Source of the DNA: Octopus bimaculoides
Lineage: Eukaryota
Assembly (NCBI RefSeq): GCF_001194135.2
Contig: NC_069000.1
Location: 14,224,780-14,288,779, forward strand
Direction: 5' to 3'
Length of the DNA stretch: 64,000 nt
The notes under the pieces are model-generated. The model was given only the letters and a program-made list of their open reading frames with translations. It was not told the origin of the DNA and searched no databases. The translations under genes were made by a program, and so were the position numbers. Shown here piece by piece: positions 50,400-63,470 of this stretch (positions within the stretch are counted from its first letter, which is position 1; each line of letters opens with the position of its first letter).

Positions 50400-51870
50400 T
50401 CTTTAATAGAACTAACATGGCTTCTGTTTTTGCTCTGTCATTGATCATGAAGCATTCTCATGAGTTTATTGCTTCAAATTCATCAAAGTCTGAATCATCA
50501 TCCAATTCTGAAAATAATTCTAACCATTTTTCATTATTTATCTTTTCATCTGTGTCCCATCCTATCTATTCATCATTTTATCATCTTAATCTAAATTTGT
50601 GGTGATGTCTGTAGTTGCATCCTGATCATTCCATAGGTTATTCAAACCTTAAATGGTTTGTGTTGAAAACATCATCAAGAGGCTAAAGAACACTTGCCAA
50701 GCCATACAGGATTAATGTTTGATGAATTTCCCATAATCTTTTAAAGTGTTTTACTGGCTCATTAAAGTGATTCTATAAACTGGTTCCATGCCAGCATTGC
50801 AGGTTTCTTTTGTAAATGCTCTGGGGGTCTTTTTTTATCTACTTTTCTCATCATAAAGGTATGCCTTCTCCATTAATCCAGCCTTTTAAAAGTGGCATTG
50901 AACAATGGTTGTATGGTTAAGAAGTTTGTTTCCCAACCACATGGATTCAGGTTCAATCTCACTGCATGGCACCTTGAGCAAATGTCTTCTGTAGCCAATT
51001 CAATTCGGTTGACTGAAACTATGTGGAAACCTATCATGTGTGTGTGTGTGTGTGTTTCTATTTGTATTTGTTCCCCACTACTTGACAACCATTGTTGATT
51101 TGTTTACATCCCTTTAACTTAGTGGTTCAGCGAGAGAGATTGATAAAATAAATACCAGACTTTGAAAAAAGAAAAAATTTAAGTACTGAGATCATTTTGT
51201 TCAACTAAACCTTGAAGGCAGTGCCCCAGCATGGCCACAATCCAATGATTGAATCAAGTAAACAATAAAGAAAATTTTTCTGATTTTGGAATTGTCATTT
51301 CTTTTAAAAATAACAACAGTACTTAAATTTAATTCCTCCAGCTAAATCACAAAACTGTGCTGAAATGTTGCTTCATATCCTATTAATATACAGACAGTTT
51401 TTCTTTGTTTTCTCTAGTCTACTGTTCTTGGCATGAAAAAAAAAATAGGTGTCTCATGCTGCTTTTCCAGTTTTATCATAAAACTCTGAATCTGCAGTCT
51501 TATCATCTAAATCAGAGGGAATCTTCTGTGAATTTTTTTTTTTTTTTTTCCTAATGTAGAGCTAAAAAAATGCCTTCTGAAAAATCTCTGGTTCCGCCCA
51601 TTGAAATTAAAAACTGAAAATTTGAAAGATTGACTAATTTCATATTTCTCTTCTGCCCCCCCCCCTTTTCTTTTTGTTTTGTAACATTACAAGTAATGTT
51701 ATTACAATGTATCCATCTTTTCTCTTATATTCTACACTTTCAACCAACTCTTTTTCCAATTCTTGACAGTCGGCTTGCTTTTCCTTTAGAAATTATTTAT
51801 TTACTTAAGAGATTATTTACTGCTTGGCATTTTCTACAGTTGGGCTTTGTCCTTTGTTCTTTTCTCGTAG
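50400..51870 (-). mobile_element. Decayed pogo/Tigger-like transposase, interrupted by a SINE at about 50898-51265
   Basis: CENP-B-like LEKELVESVEYKRKDGYIV (about 51700-51780); QKIPSDLDDK...MPRTVD...GYE...VIFKKK (about 51300-51530); GLASVL*PLDDVFN (about 50660-50700); acidic tail LDDDSDFDEF. Confidence 0.75.
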
Positions 51871-51875
51871 TTTAA

Positions 51876-52086
51876 CCCTTTAGCATTCAGATTACTGTCA
51901 AATGTAATGCTTATTTATTCACATTATTTTGAATTAATCAGGCATTATCTTGTTTGTAGCTTCAAGATTTGCATTATGTAATTGCTTATTTTTAGAATGA
52001 CATTTTAAGGTAGATGGTAGAGGCTGAATTTGGTCAGTTTGAACATAAAACAAGTAGAATATTTGGCTGATTGAAATGCTAAATGG
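51876..52086. mobile_element. piggyBac-like MITE copy
   Basis: TTAA flanks; CCCTTTAGCATT / AATGCTAAATGG ends. Confidence 0.7.
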
Positions 52087-54044
52087 TTAATATTACTCCT
52101 AACAACATCAACTTCTTTAGACAAATGTTCTTTTCAGCAAAACAACTTGAATCTGCACAATCTTATCAATTTAAACTCAAGTCTAAGTTATGCACTATAA
52201 GCAACACACACACATGCACACAGAGCTACTACCCTGAAAGACCTTCATCGAATTGACAAATGCTGAGTATTAGAGGTTTACTCCTTAGTACTTCTCCAGC
52301 AGTTGTCTCACTCGGAGGATAGCATAAGCAGTACTACCTCTTAGCACAAAACCAAACTGTATCTCATCTAAGTTAATTCTGTCCCTAATTGTACTATATC
52401 TCTTTCTGTAACTTTTATAATTTGGTCCAACAATTTGATGTTTCTGTAATTTCTGCTCTCTAATGAATCTCGTTTGCCCTTGTAGCAGTTGGCAATGATA
52501 CTATATTACTTCAGTCTTTGGATATGACACCTTCCTTTACTACCTGAATGTGCTGGATGCTTTGTTGGGAGATCACCAACACTAGTGAGGTTGTCAAGTA
52601 ACCTGAAGACAAAGTAAAGACCCACAACTAAGTGGGTTTGTAGTAGAGAGGGTGGTAGCATTACTCTAAGTATGATAGAGGGACAGGCACAGGTATCTTA
52701 CTATAGGGGAGATACATGGCTACTCCACATTGTATAAGGGTGGGAGAAGCTGGTAAAGATGGTGGTGAGGTGTCAGAGTGTACTCTCAGACATGAACTTG
52801 GGTATGAGAGAATATGGACAAAGAATCACGAAATGTGGGTAGATGAGTTCATTAGAGCATATAGTAAGTATTTCTCTTGTGACGGATTAAACACACAACA
52901 GAAAATAGTGAGGAGTGAATTCAGAGTTAGAGCTAGGGACAAAAGGCAGTTTAGCGAAAGATATTGAGGTTTGAAGAGCAAAGTTATAGGAAGAGACATA
53001 GACTTTATAATGTAAGACAACTGGAAGTTCATATGAGTTAATGGTGAGGTGTTTACTGAGACGAGTATAGAGGTGANNNNNNNNNNNNNNNNNNNNNNNN
53101 NNNNNNNNNNNNNNNNNNNNNNNNNNNNNNNNNNNNNNNNNNNNNNNNNNNNNNNNNNNNNNNNNNNNNNNNNNNNNNNNNNNNNNNNNNNNNNNNNNNN
53201 NNNNNNNNNNNNNNNNNNNNNNNNNNNNNNNNNNNNNNNNNNNNNNNNNNNNNNNNNNNNNNNNNNNNNNNNNNNNNNNNNNNNNNNNNNNNNNNNNNNN
53301 NNNNNNNNNNNNNNNNNNNNNNNNAGTGTGGGGGGAGGAGGGGGGAAGACTAGGAGAGGCTCAGGAAATAGGAGGTGATAAGTGTAAATACAGGAAGGGA
53401 TGAGAACAGCTGTGTAACAAACTTGTGGATAGATCACAGAAAATATGTAGGTGGTGTGCTGGGGTGGGGGGGAGTGAGAGTTGGGAGAGGGTGAACAAAA
53501 GACAGATGTACGGTGACATAAAAGCAATAGGAGTAAAAATATTGGGCTGGTTTCATATTCTGTTCTCATTCAGGCAAATGTATTTTGTGATATGGAAAAT
53601 ATATTTTGGCAAATTACATGCCCAAATGTTTCTGCTTCCATAACTGTTAAACTGTTAGTTTTCAGATGTCAATTATTCTCCTCTAAACTGTCTTGGATGT
53701 TATATTAACTTTGGAAATGTCCTTTTATCTTTTACTTGTTTTGGTCGTTGCACTGCAGTCATGCTGAGACCATGCCTTGAAGGGTTTGGTTGAATAAATT
53801 GACCCCAGTAGTTATTCTTAAACCTGATGCTTATTCTATCAGCCTCTATTGCCAAAGCACTAAGTTACATAGATGTAAACAAACCAGCACCAGTTGTCAA
53901 GTGGTGGCGAGGAACAAGCACAACACAAAGACACACTCACACACATATATATATATGAATCTGGTCGGTGCCAGTGCTGCCTGACTGGCTCCCGTGCCGG
54001 TGGCACGTATAAAGCACCATTCGAGCGTGGTCGTTGCCGGTGGC

Positions 54045-54179
54045 ACAGCTTACCAACCACATGGTTCCGGGTTCAGTCCCACTGCGTGGCACCTTGGGCA
54101 AGTGTCTTATACTATAGCCTTGGGCCGACCAAATCCTTGTGAGTGGATTTGGTAGATGGAAACGGAAAGAAGCCCATTG

Positions 54180-54217
<38 letters not shown>

Positions 54218-54422
54218 TATATATATGCATGTGTGTGTGCCCCAACATCACTTGACAACCAATGCTGGTGTGTTTATGTCCCCGTAACTTAACGGTTCGG
54301 CAAAAGAGACCGATAGAATAAGTACTAGGCTTACAAAGAATAAGTCCTGGGGTTGATTTGCTCGACTAAAGGTGGTGCTCCAGCATGGCCGCAGTCAAAA
54401 TGACTGAAACAAGTAAAAGAGT
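54045..54422 (+). mobile_element. SINE family B copy within a nested SINE/RTE-tail cluster (53735-54560)
   Basis: Family B body; RTE 3' UTR pieces at about 53968-54045 and 54423-54560. Confidence 0.85.
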
Positions 54423-55074
54423 ACACTCTTGGAGTGGTTGGCGTTAGGAAGAGCATCCAGCTGTAGAAACCTTGCCAAATCAGTATGGCGCCTGGTGCAG
54501 CCCTCTGGCTTGCCAGTCCTCAGTCAAACCATGGAAAGTGGATGTTAAATGATGATGATATATACAGGCTTTGGGTCAGTTTGGAGCTATAGTAGAAAAC
54601 ACTTGCCCAAGTTTTGCTGTGCAGTGGGACTGAACCAAAAGTCACATGTTTGAGAAGCAAATTTTTCCCATTAAACCTGCACCTATGTTGGAACAAATTT
54701 TTTTGTTTTCTTTACCTTGAAAATCAAAGGAGAGTAACTGCATTTAAGGCAGATTGAAAACATGTCACTTCTGTTTGACTCTGTATGGCAAAGACAGCAA
54801 GACATTTAATGTTGTGCAGCAATGTCTAGATTTATTAATGCAATTACCTTTCTACTGCTGTCTATGTGATTGATTCCATAAGGTTGCTATAGTTTTGTTC
54901 TGGAATGTTGTAACAATGGTTAGACATTTAGTGACAAGCTGTAAATAGGTTGGAGCAGGCAGGTTACTATCAACTGTGTTTCTCACACGTCTAAATGGTT
55001 TTGCAATTTTGATGTATGTTAGTGTTTTGACCTACATCAACCCTCATCAAATAAATCTACGATGTAAAGCTTTC

Positions 55075-55324
55075 CAGCAGTTCTCAATCAGGACCCATAT
55101 GATCCCTGAGGGTCCATATACAATTTTTTTTGTTAAAATTAATTGGCAATAAATTGGTTGTACTTCTACAATACACAAAATATTTTAGCAATTTTTTTTT
55201 TTTACAATTCATAATATTTAATTATAAAAAGGATCTTTTTAAACATTGAATGGCTATGAGGATCCAGCAGAGTGAAATAAAGTATCAGAGCGATCCATAG
55301 GCCAAAAATGGTTGAGAACCAGTG
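55075..55324. mobile_element. Older hAT-like MITE
   Basis: Imperfect TIRs CAGCAGTTCTCAATCA / TGGTTGAGAACCAGTG; no intact TSD. Confidence 0.55.
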
Positions 55325-56024
55325 ATCTAGAACATTTGTGAGGTTTTTTTGTTTTGTCAAAGGAACTGAAATTTTTTATACTGTAGAAGCTTCAGCAACA
55401 TACTACAAGTTAAGGTATATCTGATTTTTATGATTCCTTTTGCAAGTATATTTTAGAAAAATCATGTATAAATTATAAATGTGACTATTGATTTTTGGAT
55501 AATGAGTTTCTTATTGGACAATGAAGAAATAACTGAAATTCATTTTAGATTTTGTTGTTCTTTATTTCACCCTTTTGTTACCATATTTCTATTGAGATAC
55601 AGTCATTTTCTCAATTAGTTTTGAAAATATTAAAAAAATTTTCTAGTGGTAGCAGTGCAACGGCAGCAAAAGACTGGCATATCTAGTTTTAAGGGTTAGT
55701 CAGTACCATCAATCCTGGCACTTGTCATTGTACTTTTATTGACCCAGATAGATTAAAGGCAAAGTTGGTTTCAGCAGGATTTGAACTGAGGTCATTTTTG
55801 CATGATAATAATGATTCTTTCTAATTTTAGCAGAATGCCGGCAGTTTTGAGGGGAGGGTGAAGCTATTTATGTTGACCTCAGTGCTGAACTGGTTTTTAT
55901 TGACCCTGAAAGGATGAAAAGCAAAATCAATCTCAGCAGAATTTGAACTCAGAACATGATGAGTCAGAAGAAATACCACCAAGTATTTTGTTTGATGTTC
56001 TAACAATTATGCCAGCTTGCTGCC

Positions 56025-56101
<77 letters not shown>

Positions 56102-58028
56102 TTATGATTTAAGTACAAGGCCAGTAATTTTTAGGTGAAGGGGTTAGTCATTAACACCAATCCCCAGTACTAGACTGGCAGTTTATAACCCCTGAGGGAT
56201 GAAAGGCAATGTTGACCTCAGCAAGAATTGAAATAAGAATGTAAAGAACCGGAAGATGTACAGCAAGGCTTTTTTGTTTTCCAATGCTCTAATAATAATA
56301 AACAAAAAACAAGGATTATAGGAGGCATACTATGAAGTTAAAACCACACCTTTGTGAAATCCTGCTAAGGAAGTCCCTTGGGATAAATAAAAACCATCTT
56401 CTTCAATGTCTGGGAAAAGTTCTTTCAAACTAGAACAGGGTTATTGAGTTATACACACTGTAATGTGTTATATAGGACGTTACTATTTATAGAGTATTAG
56501 GAATTATTTCTTACAGATGTTTGCATCAGTTGGGTTAATTTACAATTTGTGATATTTCTATTTCATTTTTTTTTTTTAATGTCATTGAATATTTTTTTGG
56601 TGAGTAGGTATAGAGCATCAAACTATTTATTACTGTTGTATGTATTTTATGGTTATATTGATTAGTAAGTCTTTTGTAATTATGATTAATCCTTTGATTG
56701 TATCTTAGCAAAATTAATTAGTTTTGTGCATGCATAAAGACTACAGTTCAATATAATATAATATAATATACATTGCATGTGAAAAATAAAGGACTTCTCA
56801 AAGAATGTTTGATTCACTGTGCTTGTATGAATCTAAATGATGCTCAGTTTTTAGATAAACTAGGTATGTTGTGTCATGTAAACTTGTGACAATACATAGA
56901 TTCCCAATTGAATGTTGGTAGTTAGATAATCAATCCACACAAAGGAATAAGTTAATGTTGAGGGAGTATTAAAAAAAAACTTAATAGAAACAACTATGCA
57001 ATGAAAAAAGAAAAAGCACATGAATCACTTGTTAATTTTTAATTATTTTGGCAAGTATGGGAGATAACTCAAGTTATTTTTTGGTGTTATTATGACCTCA
57101 TCAGAGAAACATAGATATGTAGCAGCCACTATAACTCAAAAAACGCATGTGAAAAACGGGGATAAAGAATCATCCCTTATCATTTATCTTTTACTTGTTT
57201 CAGTCAACAGACTGCAGCCATGCTGGGGCACCACTTTGAAGAATTTTTAGTTGAATGAATCAATCCCAGTATGCATATTTTTTAATGCCTGGTATTTATT
57301 CTATCAGTCTCTTGCTGAACTGCTAAGTTACAGGGACATGAACACACCAATATGTGTGAGACGTGGTGGTGGAGAACAAACAGAAAGACACACACATATA
57401 TAGATGTATATATAGGCTTCTTTCAGTTTCCATCACCAAATCCACTCACAAGGCTTTGGTCAGCCTGAGGTTATAGTAGAAGACACTTGCGCAAGGTGTC
57501 ATGCAGTGGGACTGAACCCAGAACCATGTAGTTGGGAAGCAAGCTTCTTACCATACAGCCATGTCTATGCCTATATCCTAACAGTTTGAAAACTTTGAAG
57601 TTATGAAGTAATATATCTTGTTCATTATTTCACCACCCACTTGACAACAACATACATTATTTTTGAAACTAAACTATTTCTTGTATTTACTTAAGTTTAT
57701 TTTGAAATATTTTACATAGCTATCTCATTTTAGGTCTCACTCATGTTCAGTTCACATATTCAAAGCATTTTGTTTTCTTAAAAAGTTGGTTATACATGTT
57801 CAGTATATATCAAACATATTATTAGCTTTGAATAACAAAAATGTGTGTGTGTGTGTGTGTGTGTGTGTGAGTGAGTGCGTTTGCCTGTCTTTCTTTTCCT
57901 TTTTCTGTTTCTTTTTTCCTGTCTGTCGCTTTTTTTCTTTCTTTCTTTTTGTCATACATACTGCTTGAGTATAAAGAGAAGTTTAATAATTAGGCTAAAT
58001 GTGTACCCGGGTTGCCATTATACTTATT

Positions 58029-58064
<36 letters not shown>

Positions 58065-58099
58065 CATATTGGCAACCCAGGTAAAATTTATATGCATAC

Positions 58100-58275
58100 A
58101 CATACGTATGTATGTATTTATATGTATGAATACATGTATGCATATATATATGTATGTGTGCTTGTTTATATATATATATGTATATATAAGTATGAATACA
58201 TGTATATATATGTATGAATACATGTATATATATGTATGAATACATGTGTGTATATATATATATGTATGGATACAT
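58100..58275 (+). repeat. About 22-bp tandem unit TATGAATACATGTATATATATG embedded in (TA)n
   Basis: Three to four imperfect units. Confidence 0.8.
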
Positions 58276-58400
58276 AGTGAGAATTTACAAAAAAACGAAA
58301 GACGAAGATGTGTGTGTAAACAACAAACATGTATTAGTTTAACACTCAGGTAGTGAGAAAGTCTTTTACGTTTCGAGCCTAGGCTCATCGACAGAAAGGA
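58275..58400 (-). mobile_element. Penelope-like terminal-repeat fragment carrying a hammerhead-like core (a possibly similar piece at 61375-61500)
   Basis: ...ACGTTTCGAGCCTAGGCTCATCGACAG... motif; PLE assignment is by recognition only. Confidence 0.4.
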
Positions 58401-60723
58401 ATACATTATCTGATTTTGTAAAATCAGATAATGTGTTTGTCTTGAAGAGAGTTGAATTTTTGCATTTTGTAGAGCAATTTTCTTTACTGAGAAACAAGAA
58501 CATTAGTCTCTCTTTTTTTCTTTTTTTTTTTTGCATTCATTTTCATTTATTTTTATTTTTATTTTTTATTTGTTTATTTTTTCAAATTACATTCATGTGA
58601 CTAACCTACATAGAATTGTACGGTTTAAGTGATTGGACAAGGTCAGAGAGTGAAAAAAATTTTCTTCAACAACAAATAGACATGGCCTCTGTTAGTGTCT
58701 AGGCAAATGCAAAGTTTGGTATCAGGAAGGGCATCTTTTTGTTTAAAGAAAAAAAAAAAAACTGGCTCAATAAGTTTCATCTGTGTAAGTATCTATATGT
58801 TTCTGAATGTGTATATGCATATATATGTGTGTGTGTGTGTGTATAATGTGAAGTGGTTATGAATATGTATGTGCGTGTGTGTGTATAGTGTGAAGTGGTT
58901 AGGGTACTGAATTCATGATTACAAGATCATAGTTTTAATTTCCACATTGATAGTGTGTTGTGTTCTTGAGCAAAACGCTTCATTTCACATTATTCCAGTT
59001 CACTCAGCTGGCTGATGTTCCATTCGGTGTGGTTAATGTTGGCCTACCTGTGTAGTCAGTGGGGTGACATAATTCAAAAGCTACAACAGTACAAGGAAGC
59101 ACATTTGATATCCTGATCAATGAAGTAATGTATGAAATGAGTATATACATAGACATGTATACATCCATGTGTATCCTCATCATCATTTTTAACATCAACT
59201 TTTCCAAGGGACAAATGGTGTTTATTGATTCAATTTTCTACAGCTGAATGCTTTTCCAGCTGTTCACCCTCACCTATTTCCAAGTAAGGTATGTGTGTAT
59301 ATGCTTGTATATGTATGTATCATCATCATCACCTTTTTTTACTATTTTCCCATGCTTGGAAAGGTTGGAACAAGTCCTCTCCAAGACAGCATCCTGCCAC
59401 TTGTTGCATTCCTTTGTCATCCTCTTTGTTAAAAGTTCAGTTTCCTAAGATTAGCCTTCACCACTTCTGCATGTTTTCCTTGGTCTTCTATGTGAATGTC
59501 CTGGTGCTTCTTCGACCTATCTGACCTAAATTAAAACCTTCCATCAAAATGTCATGTTAATTTATGTTTGAGACATGTTAATAATGGCAAAATTATCCTA
59601 CTAACATCCACATTATTTTCAAAATTAATATAAACTAGTGGGACCCATGAATATTTAATGGAATTAATGGTAAACCTATTGGGTTATTTCTTTAATCTTT
59701 ATCCAAAAACCTGAAAGTGAAGCCAGTGTTGTACCTTTATCAAAAAGTCACTCATCTGCTAATCATTGAAAAGCGAAGGAAATTGAAACACGGTGATTAC
59801 TTAATGTACTTTATTTATATACTTTATGCACAATTTTATAGACTTAATACACAGGAATCATAGAAAAAAAAACATTACATTTTAAAATTTACATGGTCAC
59901 AATTTCATACCTAGAAAACCATAATTTTTATAGTAAAAAAAATTATTTTAGATGTAAAATATAGGGGCACTGTCTTGAAGATTTAAGTAGAAGAAATCAA
60001 CCCCAGTATTTATTTTTTAAAGTCTGATATTTGTTCTGTTGGTCTCTTTTGCTGAATTGCTAAGTTACAAGGGTGTAAACCAACCAGAAACAGTTAAGTG
60101 TGTGTTTGAGACAAAAACACACACACACACAATGGATTTCCACTGTTTCCATTTACCATATTCACCCACAAGGCATTGGTCAACCCAAGGCCATAGCTGA
60201 AAACACATGCCCAAGGTGCTATGCAGTAGAACTGAACCTGAAACCACATGGTTGCAAAACTAGCTTCTTAGCTACACAGTTACACCTGTGCCATTTGCGT
60301 ATTTTTAACATGTTCACAAAGAATAAATTGCTTTTATGATGTGTTTTCTGCTCTGTCATAATGAATTTTTTATTGCAATTAATTTCTTTTACTGATTATA
60401 TCATTACAATGTAATTTCACCTGTAAATAAAAATAGTGTTTGTAGCGACACTGATTATGATTATCAACAGTACGGGCTGAGAGAAGGTACCTGAGGAGAG
60501 TGTTCTGCATACTAAATATACCGTAATCTCACATATGTAATATAGTAATATCATAAATTGACTACATACGGTAGTCTCCACATATGTAATATAGTAAGGT
60601 GTAAAAACTAGATATTATCTTTGCAACAAGGCAGCAAAAAAAAAAACTTGCCCTGGGAGTGTTTATAGTTTAAAAACAACAAGCAAGATAGCTCCTATTT
60701 TATCTGTCAATATCAGCCCTATT

Positions 60724-60772
<49 letters not shown>

Positions 60773-61253
60773 TCTGTTATTTTTGAGACTAAGTCGACGA
60801 ATTGCACACAGGTACAAAGTGATAATGTATGTATATGTATTATTATATTATGAATCATTGTATTCATATTATTAATATTTATGTTCATGAAATATATTTA
60901 TGTCGTAATGAATCGGTTGTAAGTACAGAATTAAAAATGCCATCATAAATTCCAGTCTTTATACGTATATGTACATGTGCGTGTATATATGTATATATAT
61001 ATGTATGCAGATATGCATACATACAGACACACATAGAGAGAGAGAGAGAAAGAGAAAGAAAGATGTTTCATCATAGGGAGGATTTCATAACTACCTGATA
61101 GGCTAGGTGATTAGTACTTTGCTAAGAACAGGTGGGGGTTGGTGTAAGGAAGGACATCCAATTATAGAAAATTCTGCCTCAACAAAGTTTCAATTGATCC
61201 ATACAAGTGTGGAAAGGTAGATATTAAAGTGATGATAGCCATCTGTTGTGTAT

Positions 61254-61295
<42 letters not shown>

Positions 61296-63089
61296 CAAAT
61301 AATTTGAGTATATGCGTATATACGTACATGTATGTACATACCTACATCTACATGTATATATAGATGCATATCTGGGTACAGGATGTTGCAAAAAAAAAGT
61401 GGACAAAATGATAAACAGAGTACAGAAAACACACAAGCCTCATAGAGAACATTTCCTTCATCAGCTGCCACCATTCTAAAACTAAGCGTTTCGAAGAGTT
61501 ATATATATATATATATATATATAAAATCATGCCAGCATGTCTGGGCTGTGCAGTTGAGAAACTTAGTTCACAACCTTGTGATTGGGGGCTTCAATCTCAC
61601 TGCACCATGAGTAATTATTTTCTACTATAGCCCTGAGCTAGCTAATGCCTTGTATGTGATTTGGAAGTTGTTTATATATGTGTGCGTGCATGTGTGTCAA
61701 ATCTAGACATATGTGTCTGTATGTGTATAAAAATATTCATATATTTTTCTGTATTTTAAATATGTTTTTCATTATCATTTTAAGATATATACAATTAACT
61801 TAGTGTCATTATTGAAGGTATAGATACAACATGTGTGTGTGTGTGTGTGGTTTTTGGATAAAGTGTTTAAAAGTATATATAAAGATGTTGAATGTGTTTC
61901 ATATTAAAAACTAGAGAATCTGTGTTGTAATATAATAATGACTAATTGAATAATTATCAATGCATTACAGATTAATTTTTTTTTTCTTTTGTTTCAATTT
62001 TATCTATATGTAACATAGCATTATATTCTATCTATCCCAACATGATAATTAGTTGACTGAACGTTTCATTGTTTTTTTATGAATATTTCATCCATCTGTT
62101 AATCGTTATGTGCCATATTGATTTTTGAAAGCGGGGTGTGATATGTGTCTGTGTGAAAATATAGCATTGACTCTTAGATGGCAGCGTAGAATATGTTTGG
62201 ATGTTTTCTGTAAACATATCAAATGTCAGCTATTATATTATATGTTGCAAAATAAAAGCAAACCATCTCGGTTTTTAATAGGTTTTTGCAAAAATAAAAT
62301 TAAAAAATAAAAATAAATTCTCATATTTATTGATAAATTGCTTAATGTAATTACCTCAATTATTTTCATCTTATTTTTTTAACTAAAATTACTTTCAATG
62401 CATAATTTGGAATGAATATTAACATGGGTTTTTCTTTCCAATATCATTGTTTGCCGTAATTTTATATATAGTTTTAATACTTGTAATATTTATGTTCAGG
62501 TGTGCACATACACATTTTCTTTTAGTGGTTTCACTCACTGACTAGCCATGCTGGCACACTGCCTACAACGGTTTTTAGTTGATTATAGCAACACTAGTAT
62601 ATATTTCATTACTTATTTTATGGTTCTATATTCTACAGATTACCGAAGTTGCCATTTAAATTCAGCACTATTTTTGTTCTTAGCTGGCAGTGTTGTGTAA
62701 AACACACACACACAGCATTAAAAGAAAATATAAATGGGGTAGGTTTATGATCAGAATTATTAGTTTGACACACGAAAAAGTGGAAAGAATTTATTCTCAT
62801 GTTTTAGATATTATCCTTCTTTGGAATGTAGATGGAGAGCGGAAAGATGAGGACAAAATATAAAAGAAAAAAAGTCCAGGCAAAGCGCCAAATTTGATGG
62901 CATAAAAGACGCACCCCAATTTCAGCATCACATATTCAGGGGCAAAAAATGTTTTTAGTGCTTAAAACTTATGAGAGGCCCAACTTCACATATCAGATTT
63001 AATATGATTTTTTTGAAACTTTTTCTTTAGTTTTTTTTTTAAATTAAAAATTTTTTTTTTGGTAAAAAGTGCATCTTATATGCATTGCT

Positions 63090-63470
63090 TTTGTGCTTTC
63101 TGGTAGCCAGCTCTTCATAGTCTTTTAGTATCCTCCCATCTGGCATCTGGAGTGTGTGGTCCAACCAGCAAAGTTGTCATTATTGAAGTAGGCAGAAGAG
63201 GTTGAGTATTTGGGCAAGAGTCAGAACCTTATTAGTGATTTGGTCAGTTCACAATTTATCCAGTATGCATCACAGGCTGCAGAGGTGGAAGGAATTGAGA
63301 CATTATTCTTCTGTAGATTAGTGGTTCCAGGTCTTAATGACTTGAAGCAGTTTGCTAATGACATAAGCTCTATAAACTGCAACTTTGGTGTACATTATTA
63401 GCTTATTATTCTCCCAGATTTTAGGCAGAATTTGTCTGTGATGATGAAGCCAAAGCATGCGAACTCAAGA
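63090..63470 (-). mobile_element. Decayed RTE-BovB-like LINE RT C-terminus
   Basis: ENNKLIMYTKVAVYRAYVISKLL...LNSFHLCSL*CIL...DQITNKVL...WLDH...MPDGRILKD with stops and frameshifts. Confidence 0.75.

Noticed and set aside
55363-55414. Possible plus-strand exon (GTEIFYTVEASATYYKL), with further candidates at 62639 (+), 54848-54886 (-) and about 38985-39075 (-)
   Set aside because: Phase-compatible but short, with no recognisable homology; easily chance AG/GT pairs in AT-rich DNA.
57060-57115. Minus-strand CUGAUGAG with stem II and a 6-bp stem III
   Set aside because: GAAA is replaced by an A run and stem I does not pair. Similar decayed cores near 1030-1070, 19393-19440, 32750-32790 and 61450-61500 were also rejected.
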